From Lama guanicoe (taxonomy: Eukaryota): 64,000 nucleotides of DNA. Position 1 is the stretch's first letter, and every line of letters starts with the position of its first letter. This document shows, in pieces, positions 13,850 through 27,460 of the stretch. A model generated the notes under the pieces. That model was not told the origin of the DNA. It worked only from the letters and a program-made list of their open reading frames with translations, and did not search any database. The DNA lies in assembly GCA_013239625.1 (NCBI GenBank), contig MU053881.1, positions 15,306,373 through 15,370,372 on the forward strand, given 5' to 3'. The translations under genes and the position numbers were made by a program.

Positions 13850-14480
13850 GAAACTGGAGGCAATAACCGACTTTGTCCACACGGCGGAGTCCCCGAGATC
13901 AGCCTAGGGTTTCATCTGCGCATGCGCCCTTACCCACAAGTCCTCCTGCGCGGCGCACGTTGCTCCACCCCCTTTTGCAGCTCTCACAGCGGCACTTTAC
14001 GATTCTGTCCCTTATTTCTCCGGTGGGAACACGGCCTGCCCCGCCCCTCGGGCTTAATAGGTCCCGCCCTACTTTGCTTGGATTGGTTGTCCATCTCATG
14101 AGTCCCGCGCTGACTGGCTCGCGTCACTGCCACTCCATTTCAGGCTTGTGGCGCGCAGCGGGGCGGCTACCGGCGGGAACGTGAGCGGCGACGGCGGCGG
14201 CGGAAGTGGCCGGCGAGCCCGGTCCCCGCCGACACCATGGTGAGGGCAGGGGAACGAGGGAGCTGGCTGTCGAGGGCTTTCGGGGCGGGTGCTGGGGCAG
14301 GGATAACCCGGAGGGATCGTGCAATCGGGGCCTCGAGTTCTGCCCCCGGCCCGAGGTGGGGGAAACTGAGACTGAAGAGAGTAGGGGCTTTTCTCAGAAC
14401 ACGCAGCACGATGTTGTCAGGGGAATTTGGGATTGGACGAACGTGTTATCATAGAATAGCGGCCTAGCCTCACCGTACCC
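13850..14480 (+). promoter_or_regulatory. LSM4: LSM4 CpG-island promoter
   Basis: CpG-dense. NRF1-type TGCGCATGCGC at 13917-13927, GC boxes, inverted CCAAT (gattgg 14081-14086), ETS/GABP CGGAAGTG at 14201-14208. No TATA box seen. Confidence 0.85.
14237..14239 (+). CDS. LSM4: LSM4 coding exon 1 (ATG only)
   Basis: gacaccATG|gtgagg: good Kozak context followed directly by a GT donor at 14240, inside a CpG island. Splices in frame to LPLSLLKTAQNHPM. Confidence 0.93.
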
Positions 14481-17400
14481 ATTTTGCGTATGGAGAAACT
14501 GAGGCCAGAGAGGAAGGGAACCCATCGAAGGGCACGGTGAATGCAGCAGAGTTTTCAGGCAAGGAAATGGTTCTGAGTGCATTCTATCCAGTCTAACCTA
14601 ATAGTTAGGAAAGCTGGAGTGCCAGAAGTAGGAGACAGGTCTGCGTTCTCAAATTAAACCAATTTGAAGAATTTCAGGGCTTGTAAGGCCCTTAGGATAC
14701 TAACCGCACAGCCTCCTGCGCCACTTTTCAGACTGAAAAATAGACCTAGGAAAGGATTTGCTTCTCCCTGGGTCACATGGCATGGCATTCCGGGGAGGGG
14801 GCATTTTGAGCCAAGGATGGACTAAGCTCATCCCAGTTCACAGAAATAAAAATCGATCGAAGACCTGACAGGAAGCCTCCTCCCCAGGGCCATGCTGCTC
14901 ACAAGTTGTGAAAGTTGTGGATCTAAGTCAGAGCGTGCCTGGGCCTTCAGTGTACAACAGGGAAATGGAGGTCCACCCAGAGGAATTTAGAACTGGGAAC
15001 CTCCTGGGAGAGTGGCTGGCCCATCAGCACCTGAGTCACTCTGAGATGGTTGCTGCACATTTCTCAGAGCCCGTGATGAGGGCTCACACTAAATACTTCT
15101 GGTCGATGTAGAGATGGAGAGAAGGGAGCAGATTCCTCGCTGCTGGAGGGTAGACTTGGTCTGAGGGAATGGGTAGAGCTGGAAGAATCCATCTCTGTTA
15201 AGCTCCATGGAAACAGGATCTTTGTTTTTTATCCCCGGTGTATTCCCAGATCTTAGACCCATGCCTTTGTGAAGTACAGATTCATTCGTCCAGCCTGTTG
15301 CCATCTTCTGAAGAGTTTTCAGGCATGGACAAGGCATGACACACCGCCCGTTCCCTGTGGTCGGGACAGGGCCAGAAGTGGAAGATCTGAGTAACAGCTT
15401 CCTGAATCGGGAGCCTTAGGGCACCATTAGGTCTAGTCCTGTATTGGTCTGGACCTGAGGGCCAGACACCAGACATTCTGAGAAAGGAACTGTCATTCCT
15501 GAAGCTTTTTTGTGACCTTCCCAGCTCCAGGTGGCCCTGTCTCCCCCTGAACTGGGTGTTCAACCCTCTTCTGTCTCCCTGGCACCTTCCTCCGTCTTTC
15601 GCTTCCCGCCCCCTGGCTTTCTATTTCACCAGGATCCTCCCCTTCCCCTTGCCTCTGTCTCCAGCATAGTCCGGGACAAGGATGTAGAGGATGGCAAGAT
15701 GTGGCCACTGCTCCAGGCCATTGCAGTCTTGGAGGGCTATCCCAATGCCACCTCCCCCTAATCTGAGCCTCTCCTTGTCTGTGGGGTTGGGCAAGTATCC
15801 CCCTGCCCTAAGTGTGTCCCTGGGTGGTATGTGCTGTATTTGGTCAGCAAATATTTACTGAATCCCTCTCATGTGCCTGGCCCGGTGTTTGGCGCTGGAC
15901 AAAGTCCACACCCTCTGAATTTTCCAGTCTAGCAGGAGGCTTGGCGTTTCCAGTCTAGCTAGGGAGACATAATAAATAAACAAGTTAATTAGAGACTGGT
16001 TACGGCCTATAATAGAAACAGCAGAGGGTGGCCCAGGTGGAAACCTTGTTCCCTAGATGGTGTTATAATGAGGGCCTGGCTGTAGGCGGATCTACCAGCC
16101 AGGGGAAGGGCACCCCAGGCAGAGGGAACTGAGGAACAAAGGTTGGCCAGCAGCAGCAGGCGGGGTGTGTGAGGAACAGAGCAGGCCAGTTTGCTGGAGG
16201 CGCATCAGGCCTGGCTTTGCTGCCTACCTAGGGAGTGGGTACACAGGAGGACAGTTGTGAGCAGGTGCTGGTCCCATCTGCATCGCAGCCGTACTCGGAG
16301 GGAACACTGCCAGCAGTAGCTGGGATAGGGTCAGAGCCAGAGAGAAATTGGCATAAAAGCTGCATATGCCATAAAAGGCCATCTCTGGGTCCCCTGCTGA
16401 CAGGCATCAGCCTGCTTTCCCCAGGTTTACCAGGACCTTGCTGCGTCCCTGGGTAGGTCCCTCCTGGTCTCGCCACTGGTGCCTCATCTAGAGGGGCCTT
16501 GGCTGTACTGCTCCGACCCTCCCTCCACCTCTCAGCGCTGAGTCCATCTTCACTCTCACCTTCCAGGGCTAACCTGGTTCTATCCGCTCTCTGGTGATCT
16601 GGGAGGAGGACCCAGGTGTCTCATCTCCCCGGTCCAGGTACCCACTGGGGACACAAGAAAACAGGCTTGCCCAGGAAAGCACAAGGCTTCTCCATAGTAA
16701 AGTGCCACCTGGGTGTATGGCTCCTGCAGGCCTTTCTGAGCCTCCTGTTCTTCCTCCACGGCTCGCTGTGCCTGGGCAGCATCACACAGGTGCATTCCAG
16801 AGGTGAGGGCAGGAGCTGCAGGTTGGCCATGTTGGGACCCCAGTCGGCCTGCCTACCCACCCAACCTTCTCAGAGCAGCCATCTCTTTCCACGTGGCCCC
16901 TCCTTCCTCCTTATCTTGCCCTTCCAGGAAGCCAGTGCAGGAAGTGGGCTTGGGCCTGGCTTCCTGTCGCCACTGGATCTCCCCCCGCCCTCCCGCCCCT
17001 GGGTGGCTCTTCTCAGGGAAGGCCCATGGGATGTGGGATTTCCCCTCCAACACACACCAAGCCCTTCCATAGAGAGCCATCCTCTGGGCATTAAGGGCCA
17101 TTTGTGGCCTCCTCGCAGAGAGGCCTCTGGTTCCCACCAGTTGAAGAAGAAGCTGCCCCCTATTGGGAACGTGAGGGCGGCCTGAAACTCCCCACAAAGA
17201 GCTCCTGGGGGTCAAGCCAACTTAGAATTCCAAATTGCTAGGGCAAGGTATGGTCCTCTCTGAAGCAGTGTCTTGTTTTGTGGGGCCCTTGGTCTAGAAC
17301 CTTCACCTGGCTGTACTGGATAGGCTGTCACTGGACCCTGGACCCCAGCACTGCCACTTGAGTGCCCCTTCTAGAGACCTAGAGGCAGGCCCCAGTGTAT

Positions 17401-18331
17401 AGGTCATGATTTGTGTTCCCAAAATGAAAAGAGCTGATTTTTTCCCCAGTTATGTTATATGTTTGTTATAAAAAAAATTTAGTAATGATGGAAAAAGAAC
17501 TCTCTTGAAAGTTCACCTTACCCGGATGAGTTTTTAAATTCCATCCTTTATCTGCTATCATTGCAGTAACCACAGACTTTTTTCCTGAAATGTTTCTTCC
17601 TCTCATCTGGTGAATTCCTCTCCATGAACACCCAGCTCAGATGTGGCCTCCTCAGATCGAGTTAACTCCCAAATACACCTGGCCGAATCACTCTTGGTTC
17701 TGTCGGGGCTGCCTTCTGAGGCGTGGGCTCGGCAGGAGCTGGCTCCTGGCAGATGGGGTCCAGCGAAGCTCTGTCTCACTAGCTTTCGGTTGGGCAAGTT
17801 CCTCAGTCTCGAAGCCGCAGTATCCCCATCTGTAAAGTGGGTGTGATGATAACCATCTGTGATGCTGAAAATGAAAGGCCTAGCTAGAGCTGCGTGTATT
17901 AACATGGATACATCTCAGAAGCATCAGTTGAGCTAAAAGACGCAAGTAGCAGCAGAACCTGTGTGCTTTGATGCTATTGATAAGCTTGGAGGGCTACGCC
18001 TGGTCCTGTCGGAGGTGTGGGTGTATGCAGCATGAGCCACAAAGAAATGCCCAGAATGGTCAGCATCAAGCCCAGAGGGCAGCTGCCTCTGAGATGGCAG
18101 GGATAGGGGAGGTGGTTTCTGAGACTTTTCTGTCCTAAACTGGGAGGCAGGTATATGTCCTGGGGTTAGGCAGTTAGGATGTGTTTCTATGGAGGGATGA
18201 ACACTTCTGCACCCCCAGTGCTGTGATGAGCCGGCAGATTTGTGGGCACTGAAGCTCCAGGCATGCCCAGAGCGGGGGGCTCCACAGCCCTGATGAAACA
18301 GACCAGTCATGTGCTTTTGTCTGCCTTTCAG

Positions 18332-18373
18332 CTTCCCTTGTCACTGCTGAAAACAGCTCAGAATCACCCAATG
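18332..18373 (+). CDS. LSM4: LSM4 coding exon 2 (LPLSLLKTAQNHPM)
   Basis: Acceptor ctgcctttcag and donor ATG|gtgagt. 42 nt, matches the LSM4 N-terminus. Confidence 0.97.
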
Positions 18374-18568
18374 GTGAGTACGTGCAGGTCTGGGATGGCA
18401 AGTTTCAGTGGCGACCAGCCTCAGCTCAGAGTCAGGGACAGCCAAACCTGCTTTCTACCTGTCCACGAAACAGTGGCTTGACCTCTTCCCTCTCCCACAC
18501 ATCTCAGGACCTGTATCATTGCTGCTGCTGCTCAAAGTAATACATGCTTATTTAAAATGTCGAATAGT

Positions 18569-18710
18569 TAGGGGATGGTATAGCTCAGTGGTAGAGTGCA
18601 TGCCTAGCATGCTTGAGGTCCTGGGTTCAATCCCCAGTACCTCCTTGAAATAAATAAATAAATAAACCTAATTGCACCCCCACCAAAAGTTTTTAATTAG
18701 AAAAAAAAAT
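18569..18710 (+). mobile_element. tRNA-Ala-derived SINE in LSM4 intron 2
   Basis: ggtatagctcagtggtagagtgcatgcctagcatgcttgaggtcctgggttcaatccccag followed by (taaa)n. Confidence 0.88.
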
Positions 18711-18830
18711 TGAATACTAGAGAGACCTAGAAAGCAGAAGCCCCTCTTCATTTACTCCCAGTTATTTAACTAATTATTTGATACATACATGTCCAGACTT
18801 AATGTGTATGTAAATGTGAATGATTTTTTT

Positions 18831-19149
18831 TAAAAAATCTTATTTATTTATTATGAAAGTATAACTGATTTACAATGTTGTGTTAGTTTCTACTGTTCAG
18901 CTGAGTGATTCAATCACACATATATGTATTTTTTATTTGTATGTGTTTTGGTAGGGGGAGGTAATTAGGTTTATTTATTTACTCTTAGAGGAGGTATTGG
19001 GGATTGAACCTAGGACCTCATGCCTGCTAAGCACACGCTCTACCACTGGAGCTATACCCTCCCCCCATGTATTGTTTTTCATTATAGGTTGTTTCAGGGT
19101 ACTGAATATAGTTTGCTTTACTACACAATAGGACCTTGTTTTTTATCTA
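18831..19149 (-). mobile_element. 5'-truncated L1 3' end with a nested antisense SINE (~18925-19066)
   Basis: L1 3'UTR motifs (gatttacaatgttgtgttagtttc); 21-bp TSD gtaaatgtgaatgattttttt at 18810-18830 and 19150-19170. Confidence 0.85.
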
Positions 19150-19269
19150 GTAAATGTGAATGATTTTTTTAAAACATGGATGTGCTCGTGCAACACACAT
19201 TCCCTAAACTGCTTTTGTCCTTCGTGATCCATTGTGGGGTCTGTCAATAGGTTTTGTGGTCTTCTGTTT

Positions 19270-19800
19270 TTTGGATTCAGATATTATTCACATACCATAC
19301 AATTCAACCTTTTAAAAGAGTACAATTTGGGAGCATTCAGTCCATCTCCCACGTTGTGCCACCACCACTTGTGTGCAGTTCCAGAGCAATCCCGTCACCT
19401 TAAAAGGCAACCCCGTCTCCCTTAGCAGTTGCTCTCACTGCCCCCTGCCCCCTCAGCCCTTGGCAACCACTCATCTGCTTTCTGTCTCTGGATTTGCCTG
19501 TTCTAGACATTTCCTGTAAGTGGGATCATATACTGTGTGGCCTTTCATGTCTGGCTTCTTTCACTCAGCGTGATGTTTTTGAGGTTTGTCCATGTTGTAG
19601 CGTGTGTTGGGGCTTCATTCCTTAAGGCTGGATGATATTCCATTGTATGACCACACCACAGTATATTTATCCATTTGTCCATTGGTGATGTGGTGGACAT
19701 TTGGGTTGTTTCCACTTTTTGGCTATTTGTGAATATTTTGGCTGCCATGAACATCCGTGTACACATTTTTCCATGGATGTGTTTCTTCATTTCTCTTGGG
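19270..19800 (-). mobile_element. Old L1M-type 3' fragment
   Basis: Minus-strand peptide HTMEYHPAL...HATTWTNLKNITLSERSQT. Confidence 0.75.
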
Positions 19801-20298
19801 CAGAGAACTGAATTGATTCTTTTTTAAATCTCACCCTTTTCCCTTCCCAGCAATAGCATGTCTTCAGAATTACATGCTTTTCCCCAAACACATCAAAATA
19901 GACGAGTAATTATTGCAATGAAAAACTGTTTCCAGACCACCAATGCTCAGGCATGTGCCATCACTGGGCACCTGCCCCCTGGGACGCCTCCTGGCCCCTG
20001 GCCACCCTGTTACCCTAATCTTACTCGTCCCTTTAAAGATTTGTAGTTTTTTCACCAAGAGAAAAAAAAAGTGGCTTCATTGTAGTGCCCAGCAAAGCGT
20101 ATAGAGAAAGCAGAGCACGTTGCTTCTAAGACTAGGTCATAATTGAAGAGGGTTGGGGTGCTATATGTTGTGGCCACTGGGTCCTGAGAAGAGCCAAGGA
20201 CGTGTCTGAATGGGGCCCAGTGAGAGAGACCCACTCTTAGGCGTAAGGCTCTACCTTCCTTGGGGCCCAAGACTAACGTGGGACCCATTTCTCTCCAG

Positions 20299-20397
20299 TT
20301 GGTGGAGCTCAAAAACGGGGAGACATACAATGGGCACCTGGTGAGCTGTGACAACTGGATGAACATCAACTTGCGGGAGGTGATCTGCACATCCAGG
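20299..20397 (+). CDS. LSM4: LSM4 coding exon 3 (Sm1 motif, [33 protein letters not shown])
   Basis: Acceptor tttctctccag and donor AGG|gtgagt. 99 nt, canonical Sm-fold sequence. Confidence 0.98.
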
Positions 20398-22951
20398 GTG
20401 AGTCCCCTGTGCCCCGAGTTTGCGCCCGCTGCCTGGGGGCCCAAGGACAGCACCGGTATGGTGAGCGCCAGAAGTGGGGGAAGTGTGGCTGGAAATGTGC
20501 ACTTGGACCTGGGGCTTACTGAGCCTCAGCGTTCTCACTTCCAAGTGGGGTGAAGGCCCCTCCTTGGGCCCCGTGGGAGGAGTGGGACGGGGCATACCGC
20601 AGCCTATACCGCAGGTCATCCTGCTGTGGGTGACTCCTCATGGCGGGTGGGGCCCGAGGGACTGGGCGGGATGTGGAGGGAACAGATGGACAAGGCTCCA
20701 AGTCTCTAGTGCCCTGGACTCTGAATCTGACCCTGAGGGACTTAGGCCTTGGGGTACTTCTGGCTGTAAATACCTACTCTACAAGGAGGGGTGGTCTCTG
20801 GGCCCACCTCTCCTTGTCAGCCTCTGCTGCCTTTGGTCCTGGCTGTGGGCATTGCCCACCATGCAGGCTGTGGTGGCATGGCCCTGGGATGTCCAGTCCA
20901 CCCAGGGGCTTGTTTACCTCCTCAGACCTGAAACCAGGAAGTACAGGGCCAGGGCTGGGGAGAATGTCACCCAAGGTCAGAGGCCTTCCCCACGTTGGGG
21001 TGACCCACAGAGTGCCGAGGATGAAGACGGTGGTTAAGGCAGGACTCCCTCCCACTAAGCTGCACTGGGTTCTGCTAGACCTTTCCTTTCACCTGGATTC
21101 CGGTCTCCGGGAGGGCATGACCCCCTCCCCGCACCTGCTCAGCTCTGTGACCTGCTTCTTGTGCCCGAACTCCTGGTGGCAGGTGTCTTATTTCCAGTGT
21201 GGCTGCAGTGTCCAGCTGAGTGCACGTCTTCCTGCACACAGCCCATAGGCCTGGGATCTAGAACCAGTCACTGGGTCTCAGAACAAGGTCGGTCCGGCCT
21301 CCATGACCAGCTGAGACTGGACATGTGGCTCCCCCCACTCTGTGACCCAGTGGTTGGGAGGAGAGGCCGGTGTGAGGTATGATCTCGCTCAGGCCAGGGG
21401 CGTCCTCATCTGTAAACAGGTAGTGGCAGCCCCTCCCTCCCTCGGGCAGCGGGCTGAGAAACCACAGAAGAGCAAGGATTGAGAGGCATTTAGCTGCCCC
21501 TGTGAAAAGCAGAAGAAGCTGTGTTCCTCCTGGGAGTGTGCTGGGCTTGGCCTGTCCTTAGCTGAGGGAAAGCTAAGCCCTGAGCGCCCAGTCCCAGCCC
21601 TAAGCTTCCACAGAATCTTTGTTTCTGTCTGGCTGTACTTTGGATCCCCAGGGACTTGGCCCCTCACCTCCCCTTTCTGGGAAGGAATGCTCTGAGGCCT
21701 CTTGGGGTTCCTCTGTGTTGGGGGCTCTTACGTGTGTTCCTGGGAAGAGTTGGTCTTCAAACATTCCCTTTGTCCCTGCCTAGTGCCTCCACTGGGCTGG
21801 GCCGGACCGACCCAGGCACCGCTGACAAGTGTCAGGCAGGAGGACTGGGGGTTTTCAGGAGGCTGGAAGCAAAGCCTGTTGATGGCTAGAGTTCATCAGA
21901 CAACGGAAAGGTGGGAACAGCGTGTGCAGAGTGCTGGGGGCCAGAAGCCCACTGTGTGTGTTCCCGAAAATTCCAACTGGAAGGCAGATCGAGTGCTGAG
22001 AGAGGGCAGCCAGGGTGGGGCTGGATCTTGGGCCCTCTGGAGCCATGCTGAGGAGTTTGGATCTCATCCTTGGGCTGACAGGGCCCTGACTGGGATCTAA
22101 GCAGGAAGATGTCTTGGTCTGATTTATAGGGGTGTGTTGGGGTGGGGGAGAGCACTGCCCCGGCTTCTGGCTTAGGGCAGCAGGGGTGGGGCTGAAGAGC
22201 TCATCTGATGGAAGAAACCCTGGTCTCCCAAGGGCAGCAGGAGGAGGCTGGCAGTGGGGAAGGCCTTGTGCTGGTCACAGGGTGTATGGTGGAGGGGGCG
22301 GGGCATTCATCCTATGAACAGCAGGGCTGGCGCTGCCCTAGAGTCTGCAACGTTACAAGCCCCCTTGTCTCTCTAGCCTCCGTTAGCTCCCCTGAAAACT
22401 GGCATCACTGGAGCAGCCCCTGGCTGGCGCCAGACCTACCTCCCCACCCCTCTCCTGGCCCTCTTCACCTGTCAGGCAGGGTCTCCATCCTGCTCGCGGG
22501 TGTCCCCTGCCCAGCTCAGACCCTGTCAGGAGATACTTGGGTGAAGGAATGGGTCAGGACATGTAGAGAGGGTTCCAGAAGATGAGTTCTGGGAAGCTGG
22601 GGGCAGGAGGTGGAAGGAGCTAGGCTGTGGCAGCACCTGGCATGTGGGACAGACTCACCCGTCTCTGGGCTTCGGGCTGCATCCCACACCCGAGGGCAGG
22701 CTGAGGACACGGAGGCCTTCTCACATGGCCCCACCCCACCCTCCTCATGTTCGAAGGGCTGTCCAGGGTCTGGAGAGATCCTGCTGGAGGGGGACCCTTC
22801 TCATGTCATGTCCAGGACAAGAACTTTGCAGCCTGAGAAGGTGGTGCCTGGCACAGGCGGCCTGAGGGGACAGATGCTGCCTGTGCTGTCTGCATCCATT
22901 CTGCAGGGACAGCCCCTCTTCCCCAGATCAGACACCTCCCTTCTCGTGCAG

Positions 22952-23135
22952 GATGGAGACAAATTCTGGCGGATGCCTGAGTGCTACATCCGCGGCAGCA
23001 CCATCAAGTACCTGCGCATCCCTGATGAGATCATCGACATGGTCAAGGAGGAGGTGGTGGCCAAGGGCCGTGGCCGAGGTGGCCTGCAGCAGCAGAAGCA
23101 GCAGAAGGGCCGTGGCATGGGGGGCGCCGGACGAG
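22952..23135 (+). CDS. LSM4: LSM4 coding exon 4 (Sm2 motif and start of the RG-rich tail)
   Basis: Acceptor cttctcgtgcag and donor GAG|gtaggc. 184 nt encoding [28 protein letters not shown]...GRGMGGAGR. Confidence 0.98.
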
Positions 23136-25067
23136 GTAGGCTCCCCTCTCCCCGCTTCTCCCCTAGCAGGCTGGCCACCTGAAGCTGCCAGGGCCTCCCC
23201 ACTGTGGGGTGAGAGCAGCACGTGGTGTCTGTCCCAGCCCAGTGTTGACATTCTTGGCTGGTGCTGTCATGGTGCCCCGGGCCTGGCTCTGAGCCCCTCC
23301 TACATAAAGCTGAGGGCTCATGACTCACAGGGCGCTCCTGTGTGGAACGGCTGATGCTGTTGGTTGCTGCCTGCCCAACCCTGGGAGCCTGGCTGAGTCC
23401 TGGTGGTCAGTGCTGACTCCCCCGCCCACTGGGGCCTTCCTGCAGTGGCTCTTGATGCTCCTTAGCTCCAGGTCCAGCCCAGCAGACTAACTCAGCGGGA
23501 CTCGAGCCCTGCCTCTGTTTCCTGGCAGGTGCTCTGGGCATCTCCCCGAGGAGGCTCAGTTTCCACTCTGCAGAGAGGGTTCCATGGTGCCTGCCTCATC
23601 AGGCTGCTGCTGAGGACCCCTGATTCAGGGCCAGCGTGGGACCCTTCCCTGCTGTGACTCCGTATACAAAGCTGGCATCATGCCTTTTCGATAAGATTCC
23701 CACCCACACCACCCTGAGATTATAAATCTGGCATAAAATTTAGAGGCTGACTTGTGCAATCAGCTGTGGCCTGAGCCCAGAGGCCATCTGCAGACCCCAC
23801 CCCTCCCCACCTCTCCCGCCCAGCTCTTATTCTTGGAGGGACCTGGTTTTGTCTCTTCCATCTGAAGGGGCCTCCTGTGTGCCAGGAAGGACACAGCAGC
23901 CAGCCCTGAGCCAAGGCTCACGTGTTGGTCAGTGACATGTGAGGAACCAGAGGGAAGAGGACAGGAGGGCATTCCAGGTGGAGGGTAGCCAAGGCCTGGG
24001 TGTGAGGAGGGCCCTTGGGGGTTTCAGGACCTGTCCTGAGGGCTGGGCTCTTCACTGGGGGCCACCAGTGTTGAATAAGCTGCCCGAAGGAGCTGGGAGG
24101 TTGGGGAGAGTGGCTTGCTGGGACTGTTCTGAACACAGGCCATGGGGCCCTCACCAGCAGGTGGAAATCTCACAGGAGCCCCCAAGTGGCCAGGCTCCCC
24201 TTGGCGACGCTGGTCTTGCCCTGTGAGAGATGAGGTTAGGCAGACCCTGCCAGCATTGGCTTCTGTCCCCAAAGGGCCCCCCACTGCATATTTGTGGCGG
24301 AAGGGGGCTGTGTGCACATTTCCGTGTCCCCATGCTACCCTGACCCTTCTGGGACCTCCTTGGGCAGGGGCACACCCGATCTTCAACTACTTGCTTCCTT
24401 CCAGCAGCACTGCCACGTGCTCCATGTAAAATGTCTTTTGGAAACAGCCCCACCGCTGGCTGCAGAGGTCGGAGCTCAGGAGTCTCCCCTTCCCCTCTCC
24501 AGGCTGGATACACAGGAGACCCCCCAGTCATTTCTCTCCTGGGCCAGACACGGGCAATGCTAGAGCCAGGGAGGCCTGGGTCGCCTGGTGCAGTCGCCAG
24601 CCTCACAGCTGGGGATCATTGCCTCACCCCTGGACTGAGTCCAGCCCTTGTCCTAGCTTTGTTCCCTCCTCCTCCTGGAAGCCCTTCTGGCTTTGTCCTT
24701 CCAGTGACCACCCACCATCTTAGCCCCCTGCCCTCTTCCCAGGACGCCTGCCCCTAGCCCCAGTGTGACTTGGTGCCAACCTCTGTCCTCTCTGGTATCC
24801 CTGGCTCCCCTGGGAGGCCTGGTCTTGTCCCTTGTCACACTGAGAATGTTCTGGAGCACTACCTATGCCCTACCCCTCCACCTCAGGTTCTCAGCCTGCC
24901 CTCCTCGTTGGAGATACTGTCACTGCCCCCACTTTACAGAGGTGGAAGCTGAGGCTCAGACGGGTTTGATGACTTGGCCATAGTCCAAGTGTTCCCAGCC
25001 CTGTTCCCAGTCCACTGTGGGGCCTCCTAGCCCAGCTCCGCTACAGCCCCTTTCCTCTGTCCCACAG

Positions 25068-25159
25068 GTGTGTTTGGCGGCCGGGGCCGAGGCGGGATCC
25101 CAGGCACTGGCAGAGGTCAGCCAGAAAAGAAGCCGGGCAGACAGGCAGGCAAACAGTGA
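25068..25159 (+). CDS. LSM4: LSM4 coding exon 5 (RG tail to TGA)
   Basis: Acceptor ctctgtcccacag; encodes VFGGRGRGGIPGTGRGQPEKKPGRQAGKQ*. Exons sum to 3+42+99+184+92=420 nt, i.e. 139 aa plus stop. Confidence 0.97.
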
Positions 25160-25707
25160 GCCACCCTCCGTTCCCGCAGAGGCTGAGCTGCCTCCGACAC
25201 CACCGAGCATCTGCTCCCTCCCCCGAGGCTGCTTTTCTACTCTCCAGTTCATGAGTCAATTCAGAACAAAAAGAAGAGGCAGGTGTCGGGGGAGGACCCC
25301 TTGCCTGTCATCTTGTGAGCCTCCTCTTTTTTTTTTTTAAGCCAGCAGTTCTACAGTTGGAAATGTTATTCTGTGCTTCTGATTTGTTGAAGTCACAGCC
25401 AACTTGATTCCTGGAAGATCCTGTGTTTAATGCGTCCTTAAAGCCCGCGCTCTTGTTTTCAGGGCCGGCATTTTTCCAAACAGGTTTGTTTTGCATTTTG
25501 TGTTAGACCCCCGTGTGGCGAACAGACGGGAGTTTTTTCATTTTAAGCTGTTTGCACTGAGATTGACAGCCTGGAGAGTTTCCTGAAACACGGACCCCGA
25601 AATTGCCTTTGCAAAACAAATCCGGACTAACAGATGCCTCAGAAGCTGTCTCAGGGTGACACTGGGCCCTGTCCCTTCGCCTCCTCTCTCCCTCTTTGTG
25701 TTACAGA

Positions 25708-25713
25708 AATAAA
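25708..25713 (+). terminator. LSM4: Probable LSM4 polyadenylation signal AATAAA
   Basis: First AATAAA after the stop (~550 nt downstream), followed by GT-rich sequence. Confidence 0.65.
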
Positions 25714-26221
25714 AACAAATACAACTACAAATGGCAAATCCATAATTCCTTTGAACCGTTGGGTTCATCTTGTGTGTTCTCAGGAAATCACAGACCCATG
25801 AAAGAAATTTCCTTTTGCAGGCTGTGGCCTCTCACTAAGGGGAAGCATTTCACCAGGGCACAGGTTGCCATGTCCCTCAATGTCCTCTTACAAAAGTTGA
25901 AAAGCAAGACTGGTGTCTGGGCAGTGGGGGAGAGAGTGGGAGCCGTGTGGAGGTGGGGGAGGGAAGTTCTGGGCAGAAGCCAGCGTGACACCCACATGGC
26001 CCGGCTTTGCCACCAAGGTTCTGCCCTCCGTCCCTGTTTCGCAAGCACCATTCACACCAGAGTTCACCAAGAGAGAGGCTGTGACAGGCAGCTGCCTCGA
26101 GGAACAAGTGAGGGAGGTTTTCGTGAACCTTTTACCTCCTCTACAAGTCAGGGAACCACCTGTCCACATCTCAGTGATTTGCCTGAGAGGCTGAGCCAGT
26201 GCTTGTACAAAATGCTTCCAG

Positions 26222-26406
26222 AGAGGGGGGAAGGTATAGCTCAGTGGTAAAGTGCATATGGAGCATGCACAAGGTCTGGGTTCAATCCCCAGTACTGCCA
26301 TTAAAATAAATAAATCTAATTATCTTCCCCCTGCAAAAAAACACTATGTTACACAACATTGTAAATCAACTATACTTCAATAACAGTAAAACTCAAAAAA
26401 TAAAAA
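26222..26406 (+). mobile_element. SINE followed by an L1 3'-terminal fragment within one TSD
   Basis: SINE head at ~26225, L1 tail acacaacattgtaaatcaactatacttcaataa, TSD aaaatgcttccag at 26209-26221 and 26407-26419. Confidence 0.8.
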
Positions 26407-27049
26407 AAAATGCTTCCAGTGATACCGTCTGCTAACATTCTCCTTGGAACCGCAGGGACGGCCCTGTGCTGGGAGGCCAGTTCCTGTGGATGTGGGTGCT
26501 ACTTGTCACCATCCTGAGACCAGGTGTGAGGGGTGATGGGAAGAAAAGTTGGTGGGGCCTGTAGAGCTCCACTTAGCAGACCTGCAAAGTCATGGCCTAG
26601 TTATCTCAGAGATCTCTGAATTTAAGATTTCTCCTTCCCATCCTATGTGGAGAATGTAGTTCCCCACCCCCAATCATTGCTTCTTCCCTGTGGCCCCCCT
26701 CCAGGGACGTGCTGCTGCCTGAATCCTTGTCTAGTGACAAAGAGACACTTTAACAAAGGTGAGGGATGGGGGTATGGGGTCTGAGTGTGTGTCCTGGGCC
26801 CTGAGAACCCACATCGTCAGCAGAGATGTGGGCAGTGGCCCCTGGCAGGATGGGCTGTGCAGGGGCCCTGCTGACAGGCCTGAATGAAAGGAGAGAAGGG
26901 CCGCTGGGGAGGGAGAGGGCAGCTTTCACAACCCACCTCCCCCATCGCCCTGGACGCAGAATCTCATAATGGTCTCGGGGCCTGGGTTTTCTCCCTGCCG
27001 CGGGTCCTCTGGTGAGGCTTTGATGAAATCCTGGGGCGGGCGGCTCTGG

Positions 27050-27460
27050 GTGGGTGTCCTGGGCTGCTGCGGCTGCGAATGCGAAGCCCTTTAAAAGTCC
27101 CTCCCCACCCCCACCCCCGCTTCGCGGTTTGGTTTTTCTTCCCTTACTTAGCCCTGGACCAAGAATGTGTACAGACAGTCCCTAGGGTCACTTCGCAGCT
27201 CAGGGTCTTGGGTCCCCGACGCGCCGTCTCGGATCTCCGGCGCATCCCCCGCGTGCGTAATCGCGGCTTCCCGCCCGCGCCGCCAGCCGCGCCTGCCGGC
27301 CCTGACCTTTCCAGCTGGGCAGTCCCGGCTTGGCCCCTGGCCCAGTCCCCTGCTTGCCCGCTGGTGACGTGAGCCACCTCCCCAGCTCTGGCCTCTTAGC
27401 TGCCCATGGGCATCCGGAAGGCGCCGTCCGCCTGAGCTGGGTGTCGGGACATCCCCGTTT
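27050..27460. promoter_or_regulatory. Intergenic CpG-rich element (candidate enhancer)
   Basis: Local CpG cluster with GC boxes and TGACGTGA; no convincing ORF. Confidence 0.5.
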
